Source of the DNA: Octopus sinensis
Lineage: Eukaryota
Reading direction: 5' to 3'
NCBI RefSeq assembly: GCF_006345805.1
Contig: NC_043003.1
Coordinates: 89,280,001-89,344,000 of the forward strand
Length of the DNA stretch: 64,000 nt
This document shows, in pieces, positions 26,176-39,860 of the stretch. The first letter of the stretch is position 1. Every line of letters begins with the position of its first letter. The notes under the pieces are model-generated. The model was not told where the DNA came from. It was given only the letters and a program-made list of their open reading frames with translations, and ran no database searches. A program made the position numbers and the translations under genes.

Positions 26176-26992
26176 TTTGGGGGTGCAAGTAATATAGGGA
26201 AGCACCAGTGGGGAGGGTTGGGGTAAGGAGGAACGATGACAGGTAGGGTTGGTGCAGGTTCGTAGGAAATAAAACGTAGGACATCACGAGTGGGGGAGGG
26301 GACTGGAAGGAGATAGCCGGTTGAGGCAGTGACAGATTCAAAACAGGAGGAAACGTAAGATAAATGGGGCGGTTGATGAGCTGCGGCGCTAGCTGCTTGT
26401 CTTGGTGGTGGGGGGTAATACACAGTGAAAGCATGTGAGGAGGAGGGGTAGGAGGGAGAGACACACGTAATGGTGGTGGGGGAGGGCATATCCGGTGTAG
26501 ATGGTGTGAACAGTGTTCACCGGTATTGGTGGTGGGGGTGGGAAAGGGCGGGCGCACCGCGAATGGCGAAGATCGAGTTAAAGGATTGAAGGTACTTTAA
26601 AGAAACGAACGAATGGCGGAAATGGCGATGTTTTAGTGTAGCATAGAGAAAGAAAAGGAAAGCACGTTAGTGTATGAGTTCAAACATTTAAACGGTAGGC
26701 AAATGTATGTATGTATGAAGAGGAGGAGAGAAAATTTTAGCTTGCTATGGACATCGCTGTGAATCGGAGAAGAATGATAGGAGTGGGAAGAGAAGGTGCA
26801 TTTAAATAGATTGACCGGAAGTCTGAGTTGGGGAAGAAGGAAGTTTGATTGGGGATAGTAATGGCGATTTCGCCATTATAGGATTAAAGGTACTTTAAAG
26901 AAACGAACGAATGGCGGAAATGGCGATGTTTTAGGGTAGCATAGAGAAAGAAAAGGAAAGCACGTTAGTGTATAAGTTTATATATATATATA

Positions 26993-27840
26993 CTAGCATT
27001 AAAGACCCGTCGTTGCCGGGTCATAGTGCTTGTGCATGTATATATGTGTATATATATGTGTACATATTACATGTACATCTATATATATACATCTACACAT
27101 AAAATGCAAAATACAAAGTTATATCTTGATATCGCTAGTGATAACAATACTCAAAATATATAACAGACTGGAATTGTTAGCACTTCTTTTTTCTCTACAT
27201 TGTATACTTTATAGACAATAGTCTATTCTTTAATTTAATTTTTTATTATCCATCTGGACTATTCCATTTCTGCACGCTAATTTTATTTTTAATTTAATTC
27301 CCATTCATGTGAAACCACTTATTCAAGTTCAAATCATTGATGCAATTTTATACCAATTGCTATTTTTACTTATATTATACTTTAGTTTGATTTTAATTAT
27401 TACTTACTACATATAATTCAATTGTTATTATTATTTTTATTGTTAAAGTGAAAGCATCTGACATAAAATAGAGAAATGTTTTTGTTTCATTTTTAACACA
27501 TAATACTGAAATAGTGGAGAAGATATGATATTGCTATGGGCTTGCTCTAGGCAAGAAGTTGAACATTCTTTTTGCCCATGAAACTACATGGACCCTAAGT
27601 AAGGCATGTGTAAAATTTGAATGAAATTGGTTGTGTAGTTCTGAAGTTTTAGGGAATCATAGTGGAGAAGATATGATATTGCTGTGGGCTCGCCCTAAGC
27701 AAAAAGTTAAAAATATTTTCGCCGATGACACTCCCCGGACCCTACGTAAGGCATATGTAAAATTTGAATGTGTAGTTCTGAAGTTTTAGGGAAACACACA
27801 GACAGACAGACACACATTCTCAGTTTTATATATATAAAGA
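26993..27840 (-). mobile_element. Non-autonomous Helitron-like element
   Basis: TCTTTATATATATAAAACTG + (TCTG)n 5' end. GACCCG-N7-CGGGTC hairpin and CTAG|T 3' end. The 5' flank is G rather than A. Confidence 0.65.
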
Positions 27841-27984
27841 CATATATGTATGTATACATATGTATATATGTATGTATACATATGTATATATGTATGTATA
27901 CATATGTATATATATGTATATATGTATGTATATATATATATATGTGTGTGTGTGTATATGTATATCGCATCTCATAACAACAAT

Positions 27985-28278
27985 ATGGCACAATTATTTC
28001 ACCTCAATTGATCCCGCTCTCTTCAACATTAGACCAGGACACATCAAAACAGAAACTGACCACACAAAATTCAAGAAGTCTTTGGACTAATTCCTTCAAG
28101 CAGTCCCGGACAAACCACCCTCACCCGGATATCTCTCCGCAAACAATAACACTCTGCTCGAATGTGCCTTGGTGCCCAAATCCTGAATTGAAGGACTTCG
28201 CCAGGTGGTGCTGTTAAGTTAGACATGGCCTGGGCCAATACTGGCCAAAAACTTTCCAAGTTATTCTAACTTTTATTT
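27985..28278 (+). mobile_element. 3' end fragment of another CR1/L2-group LINE
   Basis: KFKKSLD*FLQAVPDKPPSPGY is a typical ORF2 C-terminal motif, followed by a short UTR ending at (TA)n. Confidence 0.6.
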
Positions 28279-28305
28279 ATGTATATATATATGTCTGTAT
28301 GTATG

Positions 28306-28341
<36 letters not shown>

Positions 28342-28354
28342 ATATATATGCTTG

Positions 28355-28388
<34 letters not shown>

Positions 28389-28396
28389 TATATGCT

Positions 28397-28429
<33 letters not shown>

Positions 28430-28430
28430 T

Positions 28431-28465
<35 letters not shown>

Positions 28466-28496
28466 TTGTATATATATATATATATATATATATGCT

Positions 28497-28531
<35 letters not shown>

Positions 28532-28650
28532 TTGTATATAATATATATATATATATATATGCTTGTATATAATATATATATATGCTTGTATATATATATA
28601 TAATATATTATATATATGCTTGTATATATATATATATATATATATATGCT

Positions 28651-28689
<39 letters not shown>

Positions 28690-28722
28690 TTGTATATATA
28701 TATATATATATATATATACTCT

Positions 28723-28755
<33 letters not shown>

Positions 28756-28786
28756 TTGTATAGATATATATATATATATATATGCT

Positions 28787-28819
<33 letters not shown>

Positions 28820-28987
28820 TTGTATATATATATATATATGTATATAATATACTTGTATATATATATATATGTCTATATATATATATGTATATATATATAT
28901 ATGTATATATATATGCTTGTATATATATATATATATGTATATATATATGCTGTGTATATATATATATATAGTATATATATATGCTTG

Positions 28988-29024
<37 letters not shown>

Positions 29025-29272
29025 GTGTATATATATATTATATATATATGCTTGTATATATAATATATATGCTTGTATATATATATGTATATATATATAT
29101 ATATTCTTGTATATATAATATGTATATATATATATATATGCTTGTAATATATATATATATATATATTATATATATAATATGCTTGTGTATATATATATAT
29201 ATATATATGCTTGTATAATTATATATATATATGCTATGCTGTATATGTATGTATATATATATGCTTGTATAT

Positions 29273-29303
<31 letters not shown>

Positions 29304-29749
29304 TTTTATTATATAGAAGGAGCTTCTACAGGACTAGTACTGTTTTCATCAAGAGAAATCTTCAGGAAGCTATTTAACAAGAATTGTATTAGCATTTATA
29401 CATTTGGCAGGTTAAGGAGTGGTGGTGGGGGACTTTTTTGGGGTAGGCATAGCGCAAAATATCATACTTGGGGGAGTGGTCAAGGAGTCAGTGGTATTAG
29501 ATGAAAGAAAGATAAATAAAAAATAAAATAAAAAAAAATAAAAAAAAAAAATAAAAATAAAAAAAATAAAATAAAAAATAAAAAATAAAAAATAAAATAA
29601 AAAATAAAAAAATAGAAAAAAATAAAATGTGTGCACCTACATACATAGACCACATATACATACACCCACATACGTACCATGTGGCCTATACATACCTACA
29701 CATACACACATACACATACATATATATATATATATATATACACTAAATA

Positions 29750-29781
<32 letters not shown>

Positions 29782-30629
29782 ATCATATATATATATACAC
29801 AAATACACACAATCCAATACCAGGCCCGATTCCCCTAATTTTAATTTTATATTTTTATTTTTATATTATTATTATTTTTATTACTTCATTATTACTTTTG
29901 TTATCTTTGATCGCTGAGCTAAGTATCCTGAGATGGCAGCATGTCCAAATTGTCTGTCTACATAGAAGCATTGCTCGTTCCCGCACGCACACTCATTGCA
30001 CGTACATACACCCATTTGTACACTCATACACACACGTACGCACGCGTGATATTCATACATACAAACATCTACATACTTTCCGTATATACACATCGTACTC
30101 GTACCTACAGATTCATGTCTACACTTTGGAGGCTAGTCTATATATATACACCAATAAATATACATATATATTTATTATACATACACATAATAAACACATA
30201 TACACATCACACACACACGCACATATAATACTCCTACAATACAGATACATACCTATATATATATATATATATATATTTATCTATATATATATATATACAC
30301 ACACATCCCTGTACATATATATATATGTATATATAACATACATATATATATATATATATACATACAACCTACATACATACATATTACATATACTACATAC
30401 AACACACACACCCATATATATACACACACATACATACACATATATTACATACACAAACATTATACACACATATAATTTATATTACATATATACACACTAC
30501 CTACACACACCTACATACATATACACAGATAACAAACATCACACAGATACTACGTAAACATACATACATACTCCATACATCCATACTTCATGCACTTATA
30601 TACGCATACACACACCCCCATGTATGTAT

Positions 30630-30670
<41 letters not shown>

Positions 30671-31145
30671 ATATATATATATATATATGTATTTATTTAT
30701 ATACACACTCACACACAATACATATACACATATACGCCCACACATACATACATACATACCGTATCGCATACACGCACTACAACATATACATGCGTACCCA
30801 TACACGTGCCATCACACGCACATTGCATCCATATGTATATATACACCACACCCACCATATACACACGTGTGCAAACATACATACATCTCATACACGCACG
30901 ATCTTACTATACAATATGCACACACTTACACACATAATATACAACTGTGTCAAGCATACATACTACTCAAACCGCGACAATACTTCCATATACATATATG
31001 ACACACTTCCACACATATATAACATACACATATACATGCATACATACATATATGCATACATACACAAACGCGCACTCATATATACATATATATATACACA
31101 CTACACTACATACATATACATATATATAATATATATATATATTAG

Positions 31146-31176
<31 letters not shown>

Positions 31177-32100
31177 CACATATACCATACACACATATAC
31201 ATACATATACACATACATTATATACACTATACACATACACATACATGCACACATACACACACATACACATACACCTAATAATATATATATATATATATAT
31301 ATTATATCAACATATATACCACACATACACATATACTACATATATACACACATAATACATACACCCACATACATATATACAACGGATACACCTAACCCAT
31401 ACAATATATATTATATATAATTATATATATATATACATCACACACACATATACACATGCAGTACTATCTTATATCTCTACATACGCACCATATAACTTAT
31501 ATATATACACATGCACACATATATATACATGTACACACATATACACATATACTACATATACACATACACACATACATATATATATATATAATACACATAC
31601 ACATACATATACATACACATATATATAATATAGATATATAATAATACATACATATACCCCACATATATACATATATATCATACACACACCACATATACAC
31701 ACACACACACACATACATATACACAATACATGTATACATACTAGCATAATGATACACATATAACACATACACACACACAGACAGATATACATACATAATA
31801 TATAAAAATTACATATCTATTAAATACAACATATACACATAATACACACACATATATACATACATATACATACACATATATTACATATATATATATATAT
31901 ATAAATATAACATATCTATACATACATATACATATATATACACATATACATACACATGCACTACATATACAAATATACATACACAATGCATACACTACAC
32001 GCCGCACATACATATACACACACACATATCCAAATACATACATACACACATACACACACACACATATATATACATACATGTACACATTACAACATATATA
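28279..32100. repeat. Compound (TA)n/TGCT minisatellite and degenerate TA/CA low-complexity tract
   Basis: Recurrent (TA)n-TGCTTG units at 28279-29270, then irregular CA/TA sequence. Confidence 0.9.
29321..29371 (-). ncRNA. Hammerhead-like motif in a microsatellite island
   Basis: AGCUUC-CUGAAGA-UUUCUCUUGAU-GAA(A)-ACAG(UACUAGUC)CUGU-A-GAAGCU. One extra A and a weak stem II. Confidence 0.5.
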
Positions 32101-33524
32101 TATATCAACAAGGGAGGGTAAAGTTAATTAGTTATTAATCAACTTCACCAAGAATTCAGTATGTAAAGGGACCATTTTATTATTTTGAGTAAACAATGTT
32201 AGAGGGAAAAAAATTCTCTAAGTAGTGGAAGATGCTAAAAACCCGTTATTGGCTGCTATTTCTAGAAAGTTTAGTATTAGAGTTTACCAAGATTTTTCAA
32301 AGTACTCCATTCGGTCATGCCATAACAAATTCTTTCAATTTCACCCCCAATTAAGACAAAATTCGAGACAACTCAATATTTTAACATTTCACCGAAAGCA
32401 TTGATGTACATGTGTGCGTGAGTGTGTGATGTGTGTGTGTTTGATGGGTTGTGCGACACAGAAAGTGTGGTGTGTAAGTGAAGTGCTTTTGTTAGTGTGT
32501 GTAAAGAGACAGACAGAGTGAAAGACAGAAATAACTGAACTTTTTTTATTCACTTTTTGTAGTGAGTGACTGAGAGAGAAAAGAGAGAGAGAGGTTTATG
32601 TATGTAATATGTATTATGGCTTCAGTGACACACACACAAAAAACACATACCTACGTACACCTAAAGACGCACACACACATACACAAGCGGAGCGCGAACT
32701 TCAAATTTTGGTATATTAATTTGCGAGCGTACTTCTAAGCGAGCGTACTTCTAAGCGCGCGTAGTTGAAAGTTTTCACTATGATATCATCACGTGCAAAA
32801 AAATTCGAAGGGTTTTGAACAATTGAGATACAGATGTCACGCCTGTATTGAAAACCATTGCTAAGCTGCCGTAATTGCTTAATTAAGACTTTGTTTAAAT
32901 TAAAGGGGGAAAATATGTGACGAGTGTTGAAAAAAAATACCCCAGAAAAAAAATGTACTGCTGGGTATTTATATAATTCACTACTATTTTGCTACAATGT
33001 CATGAAAAAGAAAAAATTTAGGTATGTACAACATTGAATTCGCTACCCCCCTTTTCCCCGTTCGAGTTTGTGTAAAAAAAATTATTATTTAAGTTTTAAA
33101 AATTATTTACTTTGTTCAAAAAATATTAATATTAATTAATTTTCAAGAATTATTTAATTTTATTCGGTAAAATAGTTAATTATCATTTATCTGTAAATCC
33201 GCGAGGTTGTTACTCAGGCACCTAGAAATAGCAGCCAGATGTTTATATTCTAAATAATTTGCAATTTCAAAAAAAATATTAATTTTGCATTATTTAATTT
33301 GATAAATTCTACGGAATAATTTTGCGCGTTAATATACGTTCGCGTTTCTGTAAAAAAAGTAGTATCATTTAAGGGCGATCGAGAGTATCGAGTACATACG
33401 GTCGGCTCGCACGCGCGAATCCGCGTGTGCGCACCGGACCACTCTGCGATACAAGTACCCATATATACATCCATACATACATGTGTGTGTGTGTCTATGT
33501 ATGTGTATTAATGTGTGTGTGTTA

Positions 33525-33881
33525 TCTCTATATAAAGCTAAAGTTGTCTGTGTGTGCCACGTTTGGTAACCTTCAACTATCACTATCTCCTCCGAGACCC
33601 TGCGGTGCAAGTTGACCAAAATTGAGAGTATGATAGAAGAAGGGTTGCTCTTCCTTCCGTAGAACATAAAATTCAAATCGGACCATGTTAACACCAAAAA
33701 TTATTACATCAAAAAGATGCTTTTTTCTATGAAAATCCCGATTTTTTACGATTTTTTCACTGCTGTGTCGCCACTTTTCGGTGTATTTCGACCAGAAAAA
33801 TGTTCACAAAATTTTTACTTTTCAAAATTACAATTCCAGCGGGTCGAAACAAACCCGAGCAACGCCGGGCGATACTGCTAG
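33525..33881 (+). mobile_element. Non-autonomous Helitron-like element
   Basis: A|TC...CCCG-AGCAACGC-CGGG...CTAG|T. Confidence 0.7.
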
Positions 33882-34596
33882 TATATATATATATGCTTGA
33901 AAAGCCCACTAGAATGGGAGCAAGCGCTAATCCGAATGATATGATATGATATATATGTAAAAAATGTAATATATAAATAAATATCTACAAATATGAACCA
34001 TCTGATCTGATTACCTCAATTTTTTCTAATATATATATATCTATATTATATATATATATAATATATAATATATGCTTGTATATATATATATCTCTTATTA
34101 CAAAAGGCAGATTTTATCTGCCTCCCTTTGTCAGTTATAGAAATCTACAATATAGGATTTCTTCAATTACAATTACCTAGCATTTTTAAGAGTAGAATGC
34201 ATCGGGTCATGCCAGGTCCAGTTTTTAAAATTTAAACTCCAATTAAGCAAAATTTACAGAAAACTCACATTCTGGTGTGTATGTCAAATGCTTTTCTTAA
34301 TGTGGTTTACACCACATGCACATGCACACACACAGTGTGCAACGAATAAAGTGAAAGTAAATATATATATATATATATATAGGAAAAATTGAAAATAGAG
34401 ACAAATATGTTATCAAATCATTTATATCTTCAATATGATTGACATATGTTTTGATGGATACATTCAAAATACATCTGACAGGATGAATAATATTGAGCAA
34501 TACATCAATCTGTCAGGAAGGATATTAACAACAGTGCTCATCAAATAGACATTTTATCAGACATAAGAAACTCCAATATATGTGACACACATATAA

Positions 34597-34659
<63 letters not shown>

Positions 34660-34739
34660 CACATGCACACACACACACACACGCATATGTATGCATACAA
34701 ATATATACATGTATACACACACATACGCACACACATGCA

Positions 34740-35760
34740 CATACATAAAGTGAAGTAGTGAAAGGAATGCTAGAAATTTGAAAATGCTGTTGGGTAAACA
34801 AATGCCATAGGGTGAGGGAAGAAGAGAAGGTATAGAGGAAGAGAGAGCAGGGTTAAAGGAGAAAGAGAGGAAAGAGAAAAAGTGAATAGATAATAGATGG
34901 GAAGAAAAGATGAAGGTAGGAATATGGGTTATGGGAAGTAAGAATAAAGATAAGTTGCAGAAATTCTCATTAGGTGAGGGGTAGATATTATTTATAAAAA
35001 AAAGCAAAAGAGTGATTTTTCCAATGTGAACACCTGTAAACTTGTTCATTAAAGGTGTTCACCAGTTTATGTTTAGAAAAGAGGATAGATAGTTGCTTGT
35101 CTGTACAGAGAGGACAAAAAGATTTCCCTTTGTCATAGAGGAATGATCTAGATAAAATTTTCCAATCTACAGATAAAAGTTTGTTAGTCTTTAAGGTGTC
35201 AAATTAGCTTGTAGAATTATGCTTTATGACTGTATTTAAAAGTTGAAAAAATGGTTCGCCAAATGGGATTTCAATTCTGTAGAAGATCATCCAATATTAT
35301 AAAAAAATTCCTTAGTTACAGAGGTAATCTTGCATTAGTAATTATCATTTTTAATACGGCAATTTCCATTGAGGATGCAAGTTTTATTCATTCCACAGTT
35401 ACAAGGCCTAATATCATTGATATTATTCTTCAGGGAGGGATTATTGTTAATATTATTAATGTTATTACAATTATTAAGAGGGAGTCTGTCACCTTTTAGA
35501 ATATAGCTGATATGTGATGATATAATCTGCAGGAGGATACTAGTGTTGGAGAAGCCAATTCTGATATGGTGTGTTGAAACTTGAGTGGTACCTGGAGTTA
35601 ATGGGAAAATTCTTTTCGATAGCTTGACAAAATAAGCGGGGAAGGTTACTGTTAACTTTTTTTCCGTATAGAACAATTAGCCAGATATTTTTACTAAGGT
35701 TATGCAATGTATGGAGAGATTTATTATTAAAAAAACCTAATGTTTTTTTTTTAAAAGCGT
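34740..35760 (-). mobile_element. Penelope-like remnant (linker + GIY-YIG + pyrimidine-rich tail)
   Basis: CNCGMNKTCILNGNCRIKN, followed by a stop-interrupted KITSVTKEFFYIG...H..TFK. Confidence 0.65.
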
Positions 35761-35865
35761 AAAATGGATGGGGAAGTATAGTTATTTCCCTTTGTTTGTT
35801 TTTAAGATTACAAAGGTAAGGATTATGGATATTTTGATGAAATGGGATATTATTTGGATATATTT

Positions 35866-38280
35866 ATTTTATCTAGTTTCAACTCATGAGCTGTGGCCAT
35901 GCTGGGGCACCGCCATTCGGTGTTGCTACATGATTTTACTTCATGAATGCTTTTTAGCAATTGACATTTGGTGCATGAGAGAGTTTGATGCAGCTGCCCT
36001 CATCTGCATCTCCTGCCATGAAGTTGGTTCATCTGGGACGCAGGTCTCTCAGGTCCTTCGGGAGGATATTGAAGAGCTGTGGGCCTCTGAAGCCCAGGCT
36101 ATCACAGTATCTTGTCCTACATCTTGATGGCAAATTTGGAGCCCTTGGCACTATGCAGTGGCACCCAGTTCTAGTATTTGTGTAACTCTCGATGCCAAAG
36201 TTTGGGACAAGTTCTTCCAGGATCTTCCAGATGTATATTATGGCATATCTTTCTCGCCTACGCTCTAAGGAATAGAGTCTTAATCTATTGAGTCTTTCCC
36301 AGTAGTTTATATGCTGCACAGAGGCTATCTTCTTCGTGTAGCTTCGTTGGATCACCTCAAATTCTGTGATTAACTTGACACTGGATGGTGACCATAGTTG
36401 AGAGCAATAGTCAAAATGGCTTAGGACAAGTGTCGTCCAGAGGACCATCATGGTTTCCTGCTCTCTTGTTCTAAAGGTTCTAAGAATCCATCCAGTCAGC
36501 CGCCTACATTTCATTGCCAATTTAGCAACATGCACATGAAAGGTTGCTTCATTACTCATGTAAATACCCAGGTCTCGCACTGACTGTGCCTCTGGGATTG
36601 CAATCCCTCCAGGTCCAGTGTATTTATTGAGAGTTTTGCATGCTGATAGCATAAAGCTTGAAACTTTTGTATCATCTGCATAACTTTTGATCGTGGCTCT
36701 CTGCGTGGCTGAGGGCATGTCTGAGAGGGCCATTATGAACAGTAGTGGTCCCAAAACAGTGCCTTGCGGAACACTGCTCACTATTTGCGTGTTAATGGAG
36801 GTGGCCCCATTGGCTACTACCACCTGACTTCTATCCTTCAGAAAGTCATGAAGCCATTCTCCCAATTTTCCAACTATGGCAAGATCACGCAGTGTGACAT
36901 ATCATTCCATGATCAACTTTATCAAAGGCCTTTGCAAAGTCTAGATATATCACTTCCACATTTTAGTGGTTGAGTAGTTGTTTCAGCACCCAGTCATAGT
37001 GTTGTAGGAGCTGAGTTAGGCAGCTTCTTCCTGGTCGGAAACCATGTTGGGTGTCAGGCAGCAAGTTAATATCTTCAAGGAAGGCGATTAGTTTCCTTCT
37101 GACTATTTGTTCCATAACCTTGCTGATGTGTGAGGTCAGAGAGATAGATCTGTAGTTCTTGACCTCCGCTCTGCTACCTCCTTTATGAATAGGGCATATT
37201 TTACCCTCCTTCAGTTTTTTTGGAAGTTTGCCAGTTGCAAGGAAGCTCTGAAAGAGGAACTGCAGCGGTCTTGCTAGGACTCTCTTACATACTTTTAAAA
37301 GGATTGCTGGGAATCCATCCAGCCAGTAGCTGAGTTTGTGTTCATTTCATCTATAGCCTTTATTACATCGTCTTCCTTTATATTGATGTAATCAATCATC
37401 ATTGCCTCTGATTTTATATCTGCAGTGGTAAAGAAGTCAGTTGGATTGCTGACTTAAAAATGCCCAAGGGGTGGAGTGAAAATACTCTTGAATTGCTCAT
37501 TTAGTATTTCACTTGTCCTCATTGGATTTCCTGTGAGTGTAGCATCCTTTTGAAGGAGTGGCCCTATCCTACAGTGCACCGTAGCTGTTTCTTTGGCAAA
37601 CTTGTAAAAAGCTCTGGGGTTAGATTTTATGTTGTCCATAGCCCAGGCTTTTTTGTATGCTCTTTCTTTTTCATGGGAGAGTTGCAGACATTTTTCAATT
37701 TCCAACAGTTTTATTTTCAGGCGGGACTTTTCACTGCTTTCAATTTGTTTGTTTAGGCGATTTGAAACTTTTGTATGCCGTCTCATAAAAATTTTTCTCT
37801 CTCTGGGGATTTTGTTCTTGTGTACAGTGGCCTTTCTCTCTGGGACACATTTGTAGCATATGGCTTGCATTACAGACATGAATTGTTGAAGTTTCATGTT
37901 GATGTCTGGTGAGAAGAGACATTTAGGCCAGTTTTGTTTGAGAATCTCTTTCTCAATTTGTTTCCAGTTTGCCTGATGGAAGTTGAAGCTGGAAAGATTC
38001 TGAGAGTTTCTTGTAGGCTGCATGTCCGTGCTCTCTTTTGGCCTGTACATGGTCAGCTCTATCATGTTGTGATCCGAGAGTAGTGTCGGTGTCACTTTCA
38101 CATTATGGATGAGATCCATATTATTTGCGAAGCAGAGATCCAGTATGTTACCTGCCCTGGTTGGTTGGAGTATTACCTGCTCCATGTACAGGGTGTTGAT
38201 GAGGTTCAGGAGGGACCTTGCCTGTCCTCATTCACATTGTGTCATTCCTGGGAGAGAAAGGCGCTTGGGCCATCTGACGT
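35866..38280 (-). mobile_element. 5'-truncated CR1/L2-group LINE (APE C-terminus + RT), disrupted
   Basis: ORF 37454-38185 (QPTR..NILDL..SDHNMI) and ORF 36029-36865 (VPQGTVLGPLLF, YADDTK, YWERL..L.LYSLERRRER). Frameshifts present. 3' end at about 35866-35917. Confidence 0.88.
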
Positions 38281-38337
38281 CTATACACATGTTTATGTGT
38301 GTATATACGTCTGTGTGTACATATATATATATATATA

Positions 38338-39431
38338 CTAGCAGTATCGCCCGGCGTTGCTCGGGTTTGTAAGGGAAATAACTATATAAGCATTTTTAGT
38401 GAGTTATAGCAAAAAATGCATTAAAAATGGAATAAAAAATGATGGTAATTTTTTTTAAAAATCGTTGACTCATCGTAGACATTTTTAGAGAGTTACTTCC
38501 TTTATATAATAGCGAAAAAATGCATTAAAATGGAATAAAAAATGATGGTAATTTTTTTTTTAAATCGTTGACTCGTAGACATTTTTAGAGAGTTACTTCC
38601 CTTATATAATAGCGAAAAAATGCATTAAAATGGAATAAAAAATGATGGTAATTTTTTTTTAAATCGTTGATTCATCGTAGACATTTTTAGAGAGTTACTT
38701 CCCTTATATAATAGCGAAAAAATGCATTAAAATGGAATAAAAAATTATGGTAAATTTTTTTTTAAATCGTAGACTCATCGTAGACGCGCGCTAATACCCA
38801 GAAGGGCTCGATATGAATCACGACTATAAGATACCCAGTTTTGGTTAAACTGCACCGCAAAATGTGGGAGTAGTTAGGAATCTAAATTGTAGGAGACAGA
38901 CACTCACACAACTACAGTTTTATATATAAAGATTTGTGCAACAACTAAAACATTCGGTTGTGCAAATTGTTTGCACAGGAAACCTGCCCTGTGTGGCGGT
39001 AATTGCTGTTTTTGTGGATCTGTTTCAGCTTTTTTAGCGATTTCTGTTTTGGCGACTTCAAGCCATGAAGTCGTTGTTCTAAAAGAACGCTGGTCTCCTT
39101 GACAACGCATTACGACGTTGATTTCCTTACACTCCCTTCCCCACAGCTTCACGAGGGAGGGAAGAAGCAACACAGGTGCAGGTGTGAGCGTGGACGCCAA
39201 CTCCGCCGCCAATTAAAAAAATATGCGTTAAAATGGAAAAAAATTATGTTAAATTATTTTTTAAATCGTAGACTCATCGTAGACGCGCGCTAATACCCAG
39301 ACGGGCTCGATATGAATCATGACTATAAGATACCCGAATTTGGTTAAACTGCACCGCAAAATGTGGGAGTAGTTAGGAATCTAAATCGAAGGGGACAGAC
39401 ACTCACACAACTACAGTTTTATATATATAGA
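38338..39431 (-). mobile_element. Composite Helitron-like element with two 5' ends and about 102-bp internal repeats x4
   Basis: 5' ends A|TC at 39431 and 38932. Last 33 nt identical to those of 33525-33881. Repeats at 38400-38760. Confidence 0.72.
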
Positions 39432-39860
39432 TATATATATATATATACATGCATCCATTGAAGCGTATGTCGATGATATGAAGATATAAATAAATTCAAA
39501 AGCATCTTGAGCATATGTCTCGCTTCTCCCCGGAATTAACTCCCTCACCAAGTGTGATCATTGATTCCGGGGACACTTAAGCAACATTTGGCTACCTTGT
39601 AATTTTTTCCCCTAGATCTTTCCTATACATTGAACATTTATATATAGGTGCAGGAGTGGCTGTGTGGTAAGTAGCTTGCTTACCAGCCGCATGGTTCCAG
39701 GTTCAGTCGAACTGCATGCATGGCACCTTTGGCAAGTGTCTTCTACTATAGCTTTGGGCCAACCAAAGCTTTGTGAGTGGATTTGGTAGACAGAAACTGA
39801 AAGAAGCCTGTCATATATATATATATATATCATCATCATCATCATCATCATATATATATA

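Noticed and set aside
28279-32138. Many long Y/I/C/M/H/T-rich ORFs (also 11790-12286, 44933-45305 and 59931-63881)
   Set aside because: They are translations of TA/CA/TATG microsatellites, not genes.
34520-34570. Hammerhead at the end of the 34.7-35.8 kb PLE
   Set aside because: CTGATAA...GATG departs from both core boxes.
39527-39573. Perfect 10-bp stem TCCCCGGAAT/ATTCCGGGGA as a ribozyme
   Set aside because: No hammerhead or HDV core could be placed; a single hairpin is insufficient evidence.
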